Source: a virus | Reading direction: 5' to 3' (one strand) | DNA: 57,919 nucleotides | IMG/VR virus record: IMGVR_UViG_3300046507_000523 | Coordinates: 1 to 57,919 of that record | Part shown: one piece after another, positions 41,973 to 50,538 of the stretch | Numbering within the stretch: the first letter of the stretch is position 1 | How the letters are laid out: each line of letters starts with the position of its first letter | Notes under the pieces: generated by a model | Told to the model about the DNA's origin: nothing | Databases searched by the model: none | The model's input: the letters and a program-made list of their open reading frames with translations, nothing else | Made by a program: the position numbers and the translations under genes

Positions 41973-42175
41973 TTGGGTCCCTCCGTAGAGAAGTGGCCGC
42001 AGGAGCGGCAGATCAGTTCGTTCGTCACCCGGGTCCGCGCATGGACCGTGTCCCGGCCCTCGGCCCGGCAGCGCACCGTCACCTGCACCAGGGCTTCCAC
42101 CGGCCGGAACAGCGGGGCCCGGTGCCGGCCGTTCGGGGCGACGATCTGCCGCAGGACACGCAACGTTCTGGTCAC
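41969..42175 (-). CDS. Hypothetical protein, 68 aa
   Basis: GTG in a GTGA overlap with a GAAGGAG RBS. Confidence 0.5.
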   Translation of the reverse strand: MTRTLRVLRQIVAPNGRHRAPLFRPVEALVQVTVRCRAEGRDTVHARTRVTNELICRSCGHFSTEGPK

Positions 42176-42636
42176 GACGTCTCCTTCGGGGTATGCGGCT
42201 TGTCCATTCGCCGGGCCTGCCAGTGCTGGCCCGCCTCGACGGCCGGATCGTTGAGGCCGAGGGCGTGGTCGAGGCGGGTCTGCAACCCGTCGGCCCGCTT
42301 CTTCTCCGCGTGGTAGGCGGCGAGGTAGCGGGCAGCCGCCTTCAGGGCGCGGTCGAGGCGTTCCTCCATGCGGGCCGCGTAGCCGTCGATGTGGCTGTAC
42401 TCGGACTCGATGTGGTCGAGGCGGTTGCTGATGCGGCCGAGGGCGGTGCCACGCTGCTGCACCAGCTGCCCGCGTGCGGCGAGCTGCTCGCGCAGTCCAT
42501 CGACCTCGTTGCAGAGTTCGACGATCTTGCAGACGTGCTCCGCGGCCTCCGTGCGGGCCTCGTCGCGCTGGTCGATGACTTGCTCGTAGCGGGCGCGGTT
42601 GACGCCGTTCTGGCGCCAGATGAGGGGCCATCTCAT
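42172..42636 (-). CDS. Coiled-coil protein, 154 aa
   Basis: Internal ATG in an ATGA overlap. Heptad-like Glu/Arg/Leu-rich sequence. Confidence 0.65.
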   Translation of the reverse strand: MRWPLIWRQNGVNRARYEQVIDQRDEARTEAAEHVCKIVELCNEVDGLREQLAARGQLVQQRGTALGRISNRLDHIESEYSHIDGYAARMEERLDRALKAAARYLAAYHAEKKRADGLQTRLDHALGLNDPAVEAGQHWQARRMDKPHTPKETS

Positions 42637-43346
42637 GCGGCACCCCCGGCCGGGCGCAGCGGCCACGAGTCGTCGATGACCGCGTCGGTCTCGCCCTTGC
42701 CTCGGAGGTGCGCCTGGAAGTCCGCGGCCCACGCGGCGTGCCATTCGGCCTGCGTCTTGTGCAGCTCCGGGAGGCTCATCTCCGCGAGTCGCGGGAAGAC
42801 GTTCCCCAGCCGCCACGCAACCCGGCACGTGGCGATCGCGTCCGCGTCCGCGGAGTGCGCCCCGTCGAGCTTCACGCCGTAGTGGCGGCACAGATCGGTC
42901 AACGTCCGCTTGCCGCGGCGGTACTTGTCGAGGCGCTTGTCGATCACCCTGGGGTCCACGACGCGTAGCTCGTCACCGACCACGTCCGAGAGCGGCTGCA
43001 CTCCGTACCTGCGGGCCTCGCGGTCCAGGATCGTCAGGTCGAACGGGGCGTTCATGATGACCAGCGGCGTCCCCGCGAGGACGACCTGCGTCAGCCCGGC
43101 CACCAGCTCGGCGATCCCCTCGGCGGCGTCCTGCCCCTCGGCTTTGGCCTTCTCGTTGGTGATCCCGTGGACGGCGCTGGCCTGCTCGGGGATGTCGACG
43201 CCTGGGTTGATCAGCCAGTTCGCCGTGAGGGGCGGGGTCTTGCCGCCGACCTCGACGATGCAGGCGGTGACGATGCGGTCCTGCTCGACGTCGACGCCCG
43301 TGGTCTCGGTGTCGAAGCCGGCCAGTCGGCCGAGGTGCCAGGTCAC
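42633..43346 (-). CDS. DEDDh 3'-5' exonuclease (DnaQ/epsilon-like)
   Basis: FDTETTGVD (ExoI), MNAPFDLTIL (ExoII), HSADADAIATCRV (ExoIII). Confidence 0.9.
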   Translation of the reverse strand: MTWHLGRLAGFDTETTGVDVEQDRIVTACIVEVGGKTPPLTANWLINPGVDIPEQASAVHGITNEKAKAEGQDAAEGIAELVAGLTQVVLAGTPLVIMNAPFDLTILDREARRYGVQPLSDVVGDELRVVDPRVIDKRLDKYRRGKRTLTDLCRHYGVKLDGAHSADADAIATCRVAWRLGNVFPRLAEMSLPELHKTQAEWHAAWAADFQAHLRGKGETDAVIDDSWPLRPAGGAA

Positions 43347-44131
43347 TGGGTGCCCCCCGCGGCGCGCTCCTTGCCGATGCGGACGACCATGGCGCCGATC
43401 TGCTCCTCGTCGCCCACCTCGTTCGTGACCAGCGCCCCCAACTGGCGTGTGCTGCCGAGCTCGTGGTGGATCTGCCGCAGCCGCCCGGCGCTCGTCTGCG
43501 GGTTGCAGATCTCGTCGAGGTAGGTGGCCGCCGGGCGAATCGGGTTCTCGCCCCGCTCGACGTGCACGCTGTCCGGGTCCTTGTCGTGCGTCGGCGTCAG
43601 CCCGCCCGTCAGGAGCAGCACCCGCAGCGCCACGGACTGCGCCTTCGCGGTGCCCTTGTCCGCCGAGTCGAGCGCCTCACCGCGGCTCTTCAGGAGCATC
43701 GGCAGGGTGTCGCCCTTCGGGCCCATGACCAGCCACGAGACGGTCGCGGTGCACTCGCGCATCTTGTTGCCCTTGGACGTGGTGGTGTCCCGGTGCTCCG
43801 CGTCGATGTCGACGGGGAAGATGTTGATGCCGTGCTTCAACGTGACGGGGCCGAAGGTGTTGACCACCGTGTCGACGCCGCGGAAGTTGAAGCGCGTGCC
43901 GCCGCCGTTGTACTGCTCCGACTTGGAGATGGCGCGGACTTCCTTGCGGACGCGGAGCCACGCGATGTGGACGGGGACCATCTCGGGGTCGTCGTCGCCC
44001 GGCTCGTACCCGGCCATCGGGTCCGACGCGGGGAACTGGTCGACGAACCCGTCCGGGAGCTGCAAGTCGTCCTGCTGCTCGTCGGTCAGGATGCGGCCGG
44101 CCGCCGCGGCTGCGTTCTCTCGCAGGCCCAT
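43343..44131 (-). CDS. ERF-family single-strand annealing protein
   Basis: 262 aa from an internal ATG. FNFRGVDTVVNTFGPVTLKHGINIFP is typical of ERF. Confidence 0.75.
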   Translation of the reverse strand: MGLRENAAAAAGRILTDEQQDDLQLPDGFVDQFPASDPMAGYEPGDDDPEMVPVHIAWLRVRKEVRAISKSEQYNGGGTRFNFRGVDTVVNTFGPVTLKHGINIFPVDIDAEHRDTTTSKGNKMRECTATVSWLVMGPKGDTLPMLLKSRGEALDSADKGTAKAQSVALRVLLLTGGLTPTHDKDPDSVHVERGENPIRPAATYLDEICNPQTSAGRLRQIHHELGSTRQLGALVTNEVGDEEQIGAMVVRIGKERAAGGTQ

Positions 44132-45168
44132 CAGGAGTCCCCCTTGAACTGCTTGGCGATGTCGATGCGTTCGGTCGGGTTCGGGGCGACGCACGCGGCG
44201 TACGCGTCGGGCCAGCGCTCGGCGAGCTGCTCGAAGTCGACGCGCGGTGCGGCGTTGCTGGGCTCCAGGGAGTAGGCGCGCTCGCCGCCGATCAGCGCGG
44301 ACTGCGCCGAGCCGAGGGCGGCGATCATGCGGGCCTTCGCCGCGGCCTTCGCTTTCTTCGCGGCGGATTCGGCGCGCTGGTGGGTGCCGTAGTCGAGGAG
44401 CGCGTCGAGGGCGTCGTCATGCCGGTCGACATCCACCGCACCGGAGCGGGTCGGGTGCAGGCGGCGGAACAGCCGGGTCAGAGCGTCGCCGTCACCAGTC
44501 GGGGCGGGCGGCACCTGGACCTGCACGTGCTCGTTCCAGAAGTAGTCGACCGCGGTGGTGATGTCGGCCATCACGTCCGTGTACTGGTCGGCGCGGATGG
44601 TGCCCTGGTGGTAGTCGTTGCCGCCGATCAACACCGCGTAGTGCATGTGCTCGTAGCCGTTGACGATGATCTGCCACAGCACCTGGGCGGTGACATCGTC
44701 GGGGGCGCCGGCATGCCACTGTGCGGACTTGAACGCGGAACGGGTTTTGATCTCCAGTGCGCACGGGGCCTGCTCGTCGGAGTCGAGCGGGCATTCGGTG
44801 ACGCGCCGGTCGAGGGTGGTCATCCAGTGCGGGTGGTCCTGGTGGGCGACGAGCCCGACGCGGCGGATCACCGATCGGTTCTGCATGGCCCAGCGTTCGG
44901 CGACGTTGGCCTCGTTGACGGTGCCCCAGTAGGCGGCCTCGCCTGCGTCGTCGACGTCGTGGCCGGTCTTGTCGTAGTAGACCTTCAGCGGTGGGGTGTA
45001 GTCGACGAGGCCGAGGATCGCGGGGACGTCGGATGAGCCGATGCCGGAGCGGCGGGCGGTGAGCCAGTCGGCGCGGTCGGCGTCGGCGGGGAGGATGAGT
45101 CGGCCGGTCGGCGTTACCCGGCGGCCGGCGGCCGGACTGGTGGGCCCGGCCGGAGCAGCAGTCGTCAT
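44131..45168 (-). CDS. YqaJ/lambda-Exo-type recombination exonuclease
   Basis: 345 aa. RRSGIGSSDVPAILGL...ALEIKT... motifs. Adjacent to the ERF gene. Confidence 0.85.
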   Translation of the reverse strand: MTTAAPAGPTSPAAGRRVTPTGRLILPADADRADWLTARRSGIGSSDVPAILGLVDYTPPLKVYYDKTGHDVDDAGEAAYWGTVNEANVAERWAMQNRSVIRRVGLVAHQDHPHWMTTLDRRVTECPLDSDEQAPCALEIKTRSAFKSAQWHAGAPDDVTAQVLWQIIVNGYEHMHYAVLIGGNDYHQGTIRADQYTDVMADITTAVDYFWNEHVQVQVPPAPTGDGDALTRLFRRLHPTRSGAVDVDRHDDALDALLDYGTHQRAESAAKKAKAAAKARMIAALGSAQSALIGGERAYSLEPSNAAPRVDFEQLAERWPDAYAACVAPNPTERIDIAKQFKGDS

Positions 45169-45467
45169 CAGCCCGCCACCTCCGTCATGACGTGGCGCTC
45201 CCACTTGCTGCCGAACACGTCGCCGCGGAACTTGTCGGGCGCGACCATGCCGAGGGCTTTGCCGCACTGGCAGTTGCCGTAGAACTCGCAGTCGCCGTAC
45301 TCGACGATCAGGGCGTGGCCGCCGGAGAGGGTGGTGGGGAACTCGGGGTCGCCCAGCCCGGTGGGGGTTTGGGGTTCCTTGTCGGCGGCCTCCAGCAGGC
45401 TGACGGCCTCGCGGTGCTTGTATCCGGCGCGCTGGAGGGCGTCGAGGATGTCGGTGCGGGCGCTCAC
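45168..45467 (-). CDS. Hypothetical protein, 99 aa
   Basis: Coding-like ORF. The downstream exonuclease ATG overlaps this gene's stop by 1 nt. Confidence 0.7.
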   Translation of the reverse strand: MSARTDILDALQRAGYKHREAVSLLEAADKEPQTPTGLGDPEFPTTLSGGHALIVEYGDCEFYGNCQCGKALGMVAPDKFRGDVFGSKWERHVMTEVAG

Positions 45468-45649
45468 GGGCGGCCGTCCTTCCGGGTGGTGGTGGGTGCG
45501 AGTGCGATGCCGATGAGGCAGACCCCGGCCGCGGCGAGGGTGCCGGCGGCGGATGCGGCGGTCCCGGTGAAGGGGATCGCGGCGACGGTGCTGGCGGAGG
45601 CGGCGGTGGTGGTGACGGCCGTCCAGTGGGCGAAGAGGCGGAGGCTCAT
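45464..45649 (-). CDS. Small membrane protein, 61 aa
   Basis: Internal ATG in an ATGA overlap. Ala/Thr-rich with a C-terminal TM AAAGVCLIGIALAP. Confidence 0.5.
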   Translation of the reverse strand: MSLRLFAHWTAVTTTAASASTVAAIPFTGTAASAAGTLAAAGVCLIGIALAPTTTRKDGRP

Positions 45650-46320
45650 TCGTCGGCCTCGCCGTCGTACGCGGAGGCGACTTCTAGCGCGGTGACCTCG
45701 TAGCCGGTCGTACACTCCTCGCCGCCGACCCACGCGGTCAGCTCGGCGACGCCGTCTTCGTCGTCCTCGATCCAGTCGAAGGTGGGGTTCTCGAACTTGG
45801 CCCACGAGCGGCGCTCCTCGGCCTCGCAGTGCTCGCGTGCGGCGGCGGCCGTGGTGTACAGGCCCATCACGATCGAGTCGTGCGACGCGCGGTAGACCGT
45901 GAGTTCGGGAGTGGCCGTCGCCCCCTCAGGGGTGGCCTTCTTCCGGGTCTCCTCGTGGTCAGTCAGGAGCCACTGCACTTGCGCCATGTCCTCCTTGCGG
46001 AGGGCCGCGACACGGAGGCCGAGGACCAGCGCCCGCAGCCGCTGGAGCTCCCCGGGGTACGCCTCGTCGTCCGGGGTCTGGTACTCGGCGATCTCTTCCA
46101 ACTGGGTGATCGCGGAGTTCCATCCGTCGCCGTACCAGACGGGCCCGGTGAGGGCGGTGCAGGTGACGGGGATGGCACGGAGACGGCCAATGGCCTTGGC
46201 GAGCACCTCGGTGCGGTGGGCGTCGACCAGCTGCTCCGCGTGGGCGACGTCGTGCAGGGTGGCGATTCCGCCCATGCTGTCCTCGGACAGGGCGGCGATG
46301 ATCTGACGGCGGGCGCTCAC
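45646..46320 (-). CDS. Hypothetical protein, 224 aa
   Basis: GTG in a GTGA overlap. Coding-like throughout. Confidence 0.7.
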   Translation of the reverse strand: MSARRQIIAALSEDSMGGIATLHDVAHAEQLVDAHRTEVLAKAIGRLRAIPVTCTALTGPVWYGDGWNSAITQLEEIAEYQTPDDEAYPGELQRLRALVLGLRVAALRKEDMAQVQWLLTDHEETRKKATPEGATATPELTVYRASHDSIVMGLYTTAAAAREHCEAEERRSWAKFENPTFDWIEDDEDGVAELTAWVGGEECTTGYEVTALEVASAYDGEADE

Positions 46321-46559
46321 GCGGCACCCCCGGCCCGGCGTCGCGCGGCACGCGCCCGGTAGTACTCCCGGTAGTAGATCCGCCATGCCAGAAGGGCTGG
46401 AACGCAGGCAGGCAGGTTCCCCGTGCGCTGATGCCAGGCATAGCCGTTCTGGTCACCCGAGCAGCCGTGAGAGCAGACGCGGGACTCCTCGACGGGTGCG
46501 GCCTCCCGCATGGGGACCGCCCGCAGTTCAGCGAGGGCGCGTTCGATGGCGGTACTCAT
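46317..46559 (-). CDS. Hypothetical protein, 80 aa
   Basis: Internal ATG in an ATGA overlap (MSTAIERALAELRAVP...). Confidence 0.6.
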   Translation of the reverse strand: MSTAIERALAELRAVPMREAAPVEESRVCSHGCSGDQNGYAWHQRTGNLPACVPALLAWRIYYREYYRARAARRRAGGAA

Positions 46560-46993
46560 GCGGTCCACCGCCTGTCGGACTTCTCCTGAAGCGCGTCCTT
46601 CGCGAGGTGTACGCGCGTCTTCCGCGTCGACGGGTGCTTGATCTCGCTCGCGCCCTTTGACCCGAACCGGAACAGGACCCGGGCCACCTCGCCGAGCTCG
46701 GCCAGCAGCCGACGCACATCCGACATCCGGACCTCGACCTGCGCCGTGTCCATCCCGGAGACGTCCTCGACCTGCTCGATCGCGGCGTCGAGTTCGCCCT
46801 CCCGGGCCACCCCGGTCACGACCTCGGCCAGCTCGTCGAGCGCGGCGATCACCGAGTCTCGGGTGTCTTCGTCGCCCCATCCGGCGACGAGCTGCACAAG
46901 GTCGTCGGTGCGGATCTGGTCGACGCGGAGGACACCGTGGAGGTGGGTGGCGCCGAGGCTGAACGACAGGCCGGGCTTTGAGGAGTGGTTCAT
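46556..46993 (-). CDS. Hypothetical protein, 145 aa
   Basis: Internal ATG in an ATGA overlap (MNHSSKPGLSFSLGATHLHG...). Confidence 0.7.
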   Translation of the reverse strand: MNHSSKPGLSFSLGATHLHGVLRVDQIRTDDLVQLVAGWGDEDTRDSVIAALDELAEVVTGVAREGELDAAIEQVEDVSGMDTAQVEVRMSDVRRLLAELGEVARVLFRFGSKGASEIKHPSTRKTRVHLAKDALQEKSDRRWTA

Positions 46994-47250
46994 CGGGCGA
47001 CCTCCGCCTTCAGTTCGTCGGTGATGTCGGTCCAGGCGCCACCGCGCCAGTCGTCGTACGTCCGGGGGTTCGGCGTCCAGTTCCACTCGCCGTCGGAGGT
47101 GCCGCGCCTGCCGTGCTGGCCGATCGCGCGGGGCTCCTCGGTCTCCGGGTCGGTGGTGACGGACTCGCAGATGAAGCGGAAGCGCTCGCGGCCGCCGGGC
47201 CAGCCGACGCGGGCCGCGTAGGTGTGTCCGGGCTCGAAGAAGCTGGTCAT
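46990..47250 (-). CDS. Hypothetical protein, 86 aa
   Basis: Full track ORF, coding-like. Confidence 0.7.
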   Translation of the reverse strand: MTSFFEPGHTYAARVGWPGGRERFRFICESVTTDPETEEPRAIGQHGRRGTSDGEWNWTPNPRTYDDWRGGAWTDITDELKAEVAR

Positions 47251-47510
47251 CGGAGCGCCCCCTTCGGGCTGGTGGTGAGCAGGACAATCAGCGCGGCCGT
47301 GTTCAGGCAGGCCTCACGGACCGTGGCCTTCGCGTTGACCAGCTCGACGAGCAGCCGGTCCGCCGTGCGGGACTCCAGCAGCGGCCGGCAGTCCGGCCAC
47401 GCGAAGTGGTCCGCGTCGACGAGCAGGAAGTACGGGCTCGCGGTGGCCGAGGCCATGGAGAGGCCGAGGGAGAGGAACGCGGCCCATTCGGCCGGGGTGG
47501 TGGTGTGCAT
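47247..47510 (-). CDS. Hypothetical protein, 87 aa
   Basis: Internal ATG (MHTTTPAEWAAFLSLGLSMA...). Confidence 0.6.
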   Translation of the reverse strand: MHTTTPAEWAAFLSLGLSMASATASPYFLLVDADHFAWPDCRPLLESRTADRLLVELVNAKATVREACLNTAALIVLLTTSPKGALR

Positions 47511-47683
47511 CAGGCACCTGCCTTGCGGGCCGCGCGGCGGTCCAGCATCCGCGCCTTGATCTGCTCCTGCGTCGGGTGCTCCCACTGGTGCCAGCCGACC
47601 GGCGGCTTCCACCGCTGTGCGTGCGGGCGCTGCGGGAGACCGCAGTGCTTGCAACCCGAGGGCGTGGTCAGGGACTCGGTCAT
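47510..47683 (-). CDS. Small Cys/His protein, 57 aa
   Basis: MTESLTTPSGCKHCGLPQRPHAQRWKPPVGWHQWEHPTQEQIKARMLDRRAARKAGA. TGATG overlaps at both ends. Below the ORF-track cutoff. Confidence 0.6.
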   Translation of the reverse strand: MTESLTTPSGCKHCGLPQRPHAQRWKPPVGWHQWEHPTQEQIKARMLDRRAARKAGA

Positions 47684-48513
47684 CAGGCGCCGCCCGTCTC
47701 GGGCAGGTCCCGGCCGAGCCGCCAGTCGTGGTGCAGCGGGCTGTCGTGCGGGTCCTCCCGCAATGCCTGCAACGGGGCGATCTGCCGCGTGATCGCATCC
47801 GGGGACCCGGTCAGCGCCGCCCTGAGCTCCCGCATCTCCGCCGAGTCCGAACCCACCGCAGGAACGACCGCGTCGTACGGGCCCGGAGCATCCGCCTGCG
47901 GGCAGTCCACGTCATGCGGCTCGCCACGGCCCGTGTCCGGGCACGTGCACCCGTCCTCGTCGGCCAGGTCGTCCGGGTCCTCGCCCGTGAAATCCGGGGG
48001 GCACGTGCACGGGGCTCCGGCCTGCACGACGGCGGCACAGTCGGGGTGGTGCTTGCGGATACGCGGCGGCTCGGACTCGGCGCGGTCCGCGCGGAGGGCC
48101 TGCACCGCGTCGTCGAGCGCCTCGTTCGTCGAGTGCCGCTCCGCCAGCAACTCGGCGACCTTGGCCCGCAGCTGGGACCGCCCGCGCTTCGCCGAAGCGA
48201 GCGCCAGCCGCAGCCGCGCGTTGTCCTGCTCCTCTTCCCAGCGAGCCAGACACGCCCCCATCACGTCGTCGCGCGCCTGGTCCAACTCCGACCGCGGCAC
48301 GGGCCCGACCGGCATCGGAAGCGCGAACGCCGACCCGACGATCCCCAACTCCGCGAGGTCCGCCAGCGACACCAGCACCTCATCCGGGACCTCAGCCACC
48401 GAACCCGCCAGCGCATACAAGCCACGCCCGTCACGCGACACCGCACGCCGCGTCCAACACGAGCCATCCGCCGTGTTCACCACCAGCGGGTGATGCGACA
48501 CCGGGGCGCTCAC
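47683..48513 (-). CDS. Hypothetical protein, 276 aa
   Basis: Full track ORF with a central coiled coil and a Cys/Asp-rich segment. Confidence 0.75.
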   Translation of the reverse strand: MSAPVSHHPLVVNTADGSCWTRRAVSRDGRGLYALAGSVAEVPDEVLVSLADLAELGIVGSAFALPMPVGPVPRSELDQARDDVMGACLARWEEEQDNARLRLALASAKRGRSQLRAKVAELLAERHSTNEALDDAVQALRADRAESEPPRIRKHHPDCAAVVQAGAPCTCPPDFTGEDPDDLADEDGCTCPDTGRGEPHDVDCPQADAPGPYDAVVPAVGSDSAEMRELRAALTGSPDAITRQIAPLQALREDPHDSPLHHDWRLGRDLPETGGA

Positions 48514-48773
48514 AGGGCCACCGCCGAACGAACCGTCAGCGGACCGAAACCCGCCTCAACCAGCCTGAGCGTCCAGGCGAACGAGTCGCCCTCACCCGCG
48601 TCCTCCGGGTTCTGCGGCTGCGGGCAGGCCAACAGCAGCTCACCCGACGCGGTGTGCCCGTTCGGCACCCACACGTCCCCGTCCTTGTCGACGAACGCCT
48701 GCTCCAGCGGCGCCTCGTGCAGGGGGAGGACTCTGATCTGACCCGAGTCGAGGGTCTGCGAAACTGTGGTCAC
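48510..48773 (-). CDS. Hypothetical protein, 87 aa
   Basis: GTG start behind AGAGG (VTTVSQTLDSGQIRVLPLHE...). Confidence 0.6.
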   Translation of the reverse strand: MTTVSQTLDSGQIRVLPLHEAPLEQAFVDKDGDVWVPNGHTASGELLLACPQPQNPEDAGEGDSFAWTLRLVEAGFGPLTVRSAVAL

Positions 48774-48862
48774 GGTGACCTCTGCTTTCTGGTTGGTGGG
48801 GTTACCGAGGGGCTTCCTGGACCTGGCCGTCCGGGCGGCCCCGACTTTCTTTGGGGGAGCAG

Positions 48863-49114
48863 TCAGCCCGCGGAAGCGAGCTGCGCGACGTTGCGATCCG
48901 CGTCCGGCGCCGCATTCGCGGCATGCCACGCGGCGCACTTGGCGAGGTCGAACCGACGACCACGGCCGGCGAACGGCTCGACGGGCATCCCCTGCTTGAT
49001 CCACTGGAGGACCTGCCAGTCGGAGACGTCGTAGTACGTCTCCAGCTGCTGCTGGTCGAGGAGGGGGATGAGGCCGGCCGGGAGGGGGACGCGGCGGTCA
49101 GTCTTCTTCGGCAT
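48863..49114 (-). CDS. Excisionase-family/MerR-like HTH DNA-binding protein
   Basis: 83 aa. LETYYDVSDWQVLQWIKQGMPVEP. Confidence 0.7.
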   Translation of the reverse strand: MPKKTDRRVPLPAGLIPLLDQQQLETYYDVSDWQVLQWIKQGMPVEPFAGRGRRFDLAKCAAWHAANAAPDADRNVAQLASAG

Positions 49115-49412
49115 CGGACCTTGACCTTTCGATTGTCGAAGTCGAATGTGGGGGCATGGAAAAGAGGTCCTGGAGGGGGGCGTTCGTCCTCCGGTGGAGT
49201 GCTTCGGCGACGAACCAGGCGGTGCTCAGCTGGCAGGTGTTGCGAGCGGTCTTGCCGCGTCCGGCGATGCGTCCGACGGTGGCGGGGCTGATGCCCCGCC
49301 CGGCGGGGTCGACCTCCTTTGTCGCCTCGGCGAGTTCGGGACCGGTGAGTCCGGCTCGCTCCATGGCGGCTCTGAGTGGCTGGCCTTCGCCCTTGCGGCT
49401 GAGTTTCGGCAT
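49098..49412 (-). CDS. Cro-like HTH regulator, first gene of the early operon
   Basis: Probable start MPKLSRKGEG.... HTH LTGPELAEATKEV...GISPATVGRI. Divergent from the CI-like gene. Confidence 0.7.
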   Translation of the reverse strand: MPKLSRKGEGQPLRAAMERAGLTGPELAEATKEVDPAGRGISPATVGRIAGRGKTARNTCQLSTAWFVAEALHRRTNAPLQDLFSMPPHSTSTIERSRSDAEED

Positions 49413-49631
49413 GTGTACCCCGTGCCAGGTGGTGTCTGGGATCTCCCCGTCGCTGGGGTGATGTGACATTTCTACAGTCGAGGTCGAACGGTGTCAACGA
49501 GTCTCGCCGAGATTCGCCGAGTGGCTTCGTGGGGGTGCGTCAGTCGAAAGCTTGTTCTAGGCTGCTGTCATATGACTCGGTAACACAGCGCGTGACGGGG
49601 AGGTCGCGCACTGAATAGCTTTGCGCCACGC

Positions 49632-49658
49632 TTCTACTTTCGCTTGCAAAAAGTAGAA
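49632..49658. promoter_or_regulatory. Operator-like inverted repeat in the cro/cI divergent region
   Basis: TTCTACTTT - 9 nt - AAAGTAGAA. A further TTCTAC half-site lies at 49470..49475. Confidence 0.45.
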
Positions 49659-50063
49659 CCGGTGCGGGAATCTTGCCCTGTGGACAACGCCGAACCCCGC
49701 CCCGCCGAGGACTTTCCCCAGCTCCTCAAGCGGCTCAAGGAGGAGTACAACGTCACCGAGAAGCAGATCGGTGACGCAATCGACGTGCACGTGTCCACCG
49801 TGAACTTCTGGGTGAACCGCAAGCGGAAGCCTCGGCCGGCCGCACTGCGCGCCCTCGCGAAGGCCTACCCGAAGTTCACCGAGGCGGAGCTCTTCGCGGC
49901 GACCGACCGCGCGACCCCGGGCGACCTCGGCCCCGACGCCGAAGAGCGGATCCTCAACCTCATCCGCGGCCTCACGGCCGAGCAGCAGCACGCGCAGGAG
50001 GCGCAGCTACGCGCGCTGAACGAGTGGAACGAGGCCAACGAGGGCCGCTCCACGAAGCCGTAG
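49644..50063 (+). CDS. CI-like XRE-family repressor (start uncertain: TTG 49644, GTG 49662 or GTG 49680)
   Basis: HTH VTEKQIGDAIDVHVSTVNFWVNRKRKP. Same strand as int and upstream of it. Confidence 0.75.
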   Translation: MQKVEPVRESCPVDNAEPRPAEDFPQLLKRLKEEYNVTEKQIGDAIDVHVSTVNFWVNRKRKPRPAALRALAKAYPKFTEAELFAATDRATPGDLGPDAEERILNLIRGLTAEQQHAQEAQLRALNEWNEANEGRSTKP

Positions 50064-50257
50064 CGATTGCCGTACAACCCTTCGCGTGGTTCGTGAGTCC
50101 CTGCATAAATGCATTGCTCACTCGCGGTGATGTTTTCACAACAACACGTTCACCAATGGTCGAAAATTCCACCACTTGGGGGTACGGTCGTGCGCACGGC
50201 CGATGCCCTCCCCCTTCGGCAACAGGTTCCCATCTGCCTGCGATCCAGGGGTAGCAC

Positions 50258-50506
50258 ATGTGCGTGCACGTCAGATTCACCGCTCGGCCCGAGTTCAGCG
50301 TCTTCGATTCTGACGCCCGGACCATCACCCTCCCCCGCATCCTCAACCACGAACACTGCGTCACCGTCGTGCGCGCCATCATGGCCGAACTCGCCGTGCC
50401 GCAGCCCGAGTTGGGTGCAGTCTGCTGGTGCGGGGAGCCCATCAACTTGCTCCCTCGCGTACCCGAGCAGCGAAGGAGCGAGCAGGTGATCAACCATGGA
50501 GCGTAG
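50258..50506 (+). CDS. Hypothetical protein, 82 aa
   Basis: Full track ORF with an ATG start, between the repressor and the integrase. Confidence 0.6.
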   Translation: MCVHVRFTARPEFSVFDSDARTITLPRILNHEHCVTVVRAIMAELAVPQPELGAVCWCGEPINLLPRVPEQRRSEQVINHGA

Positions 50507-50538
50507 CCACCACGCCCCACAGGCGAAGGCGAGGCGTC

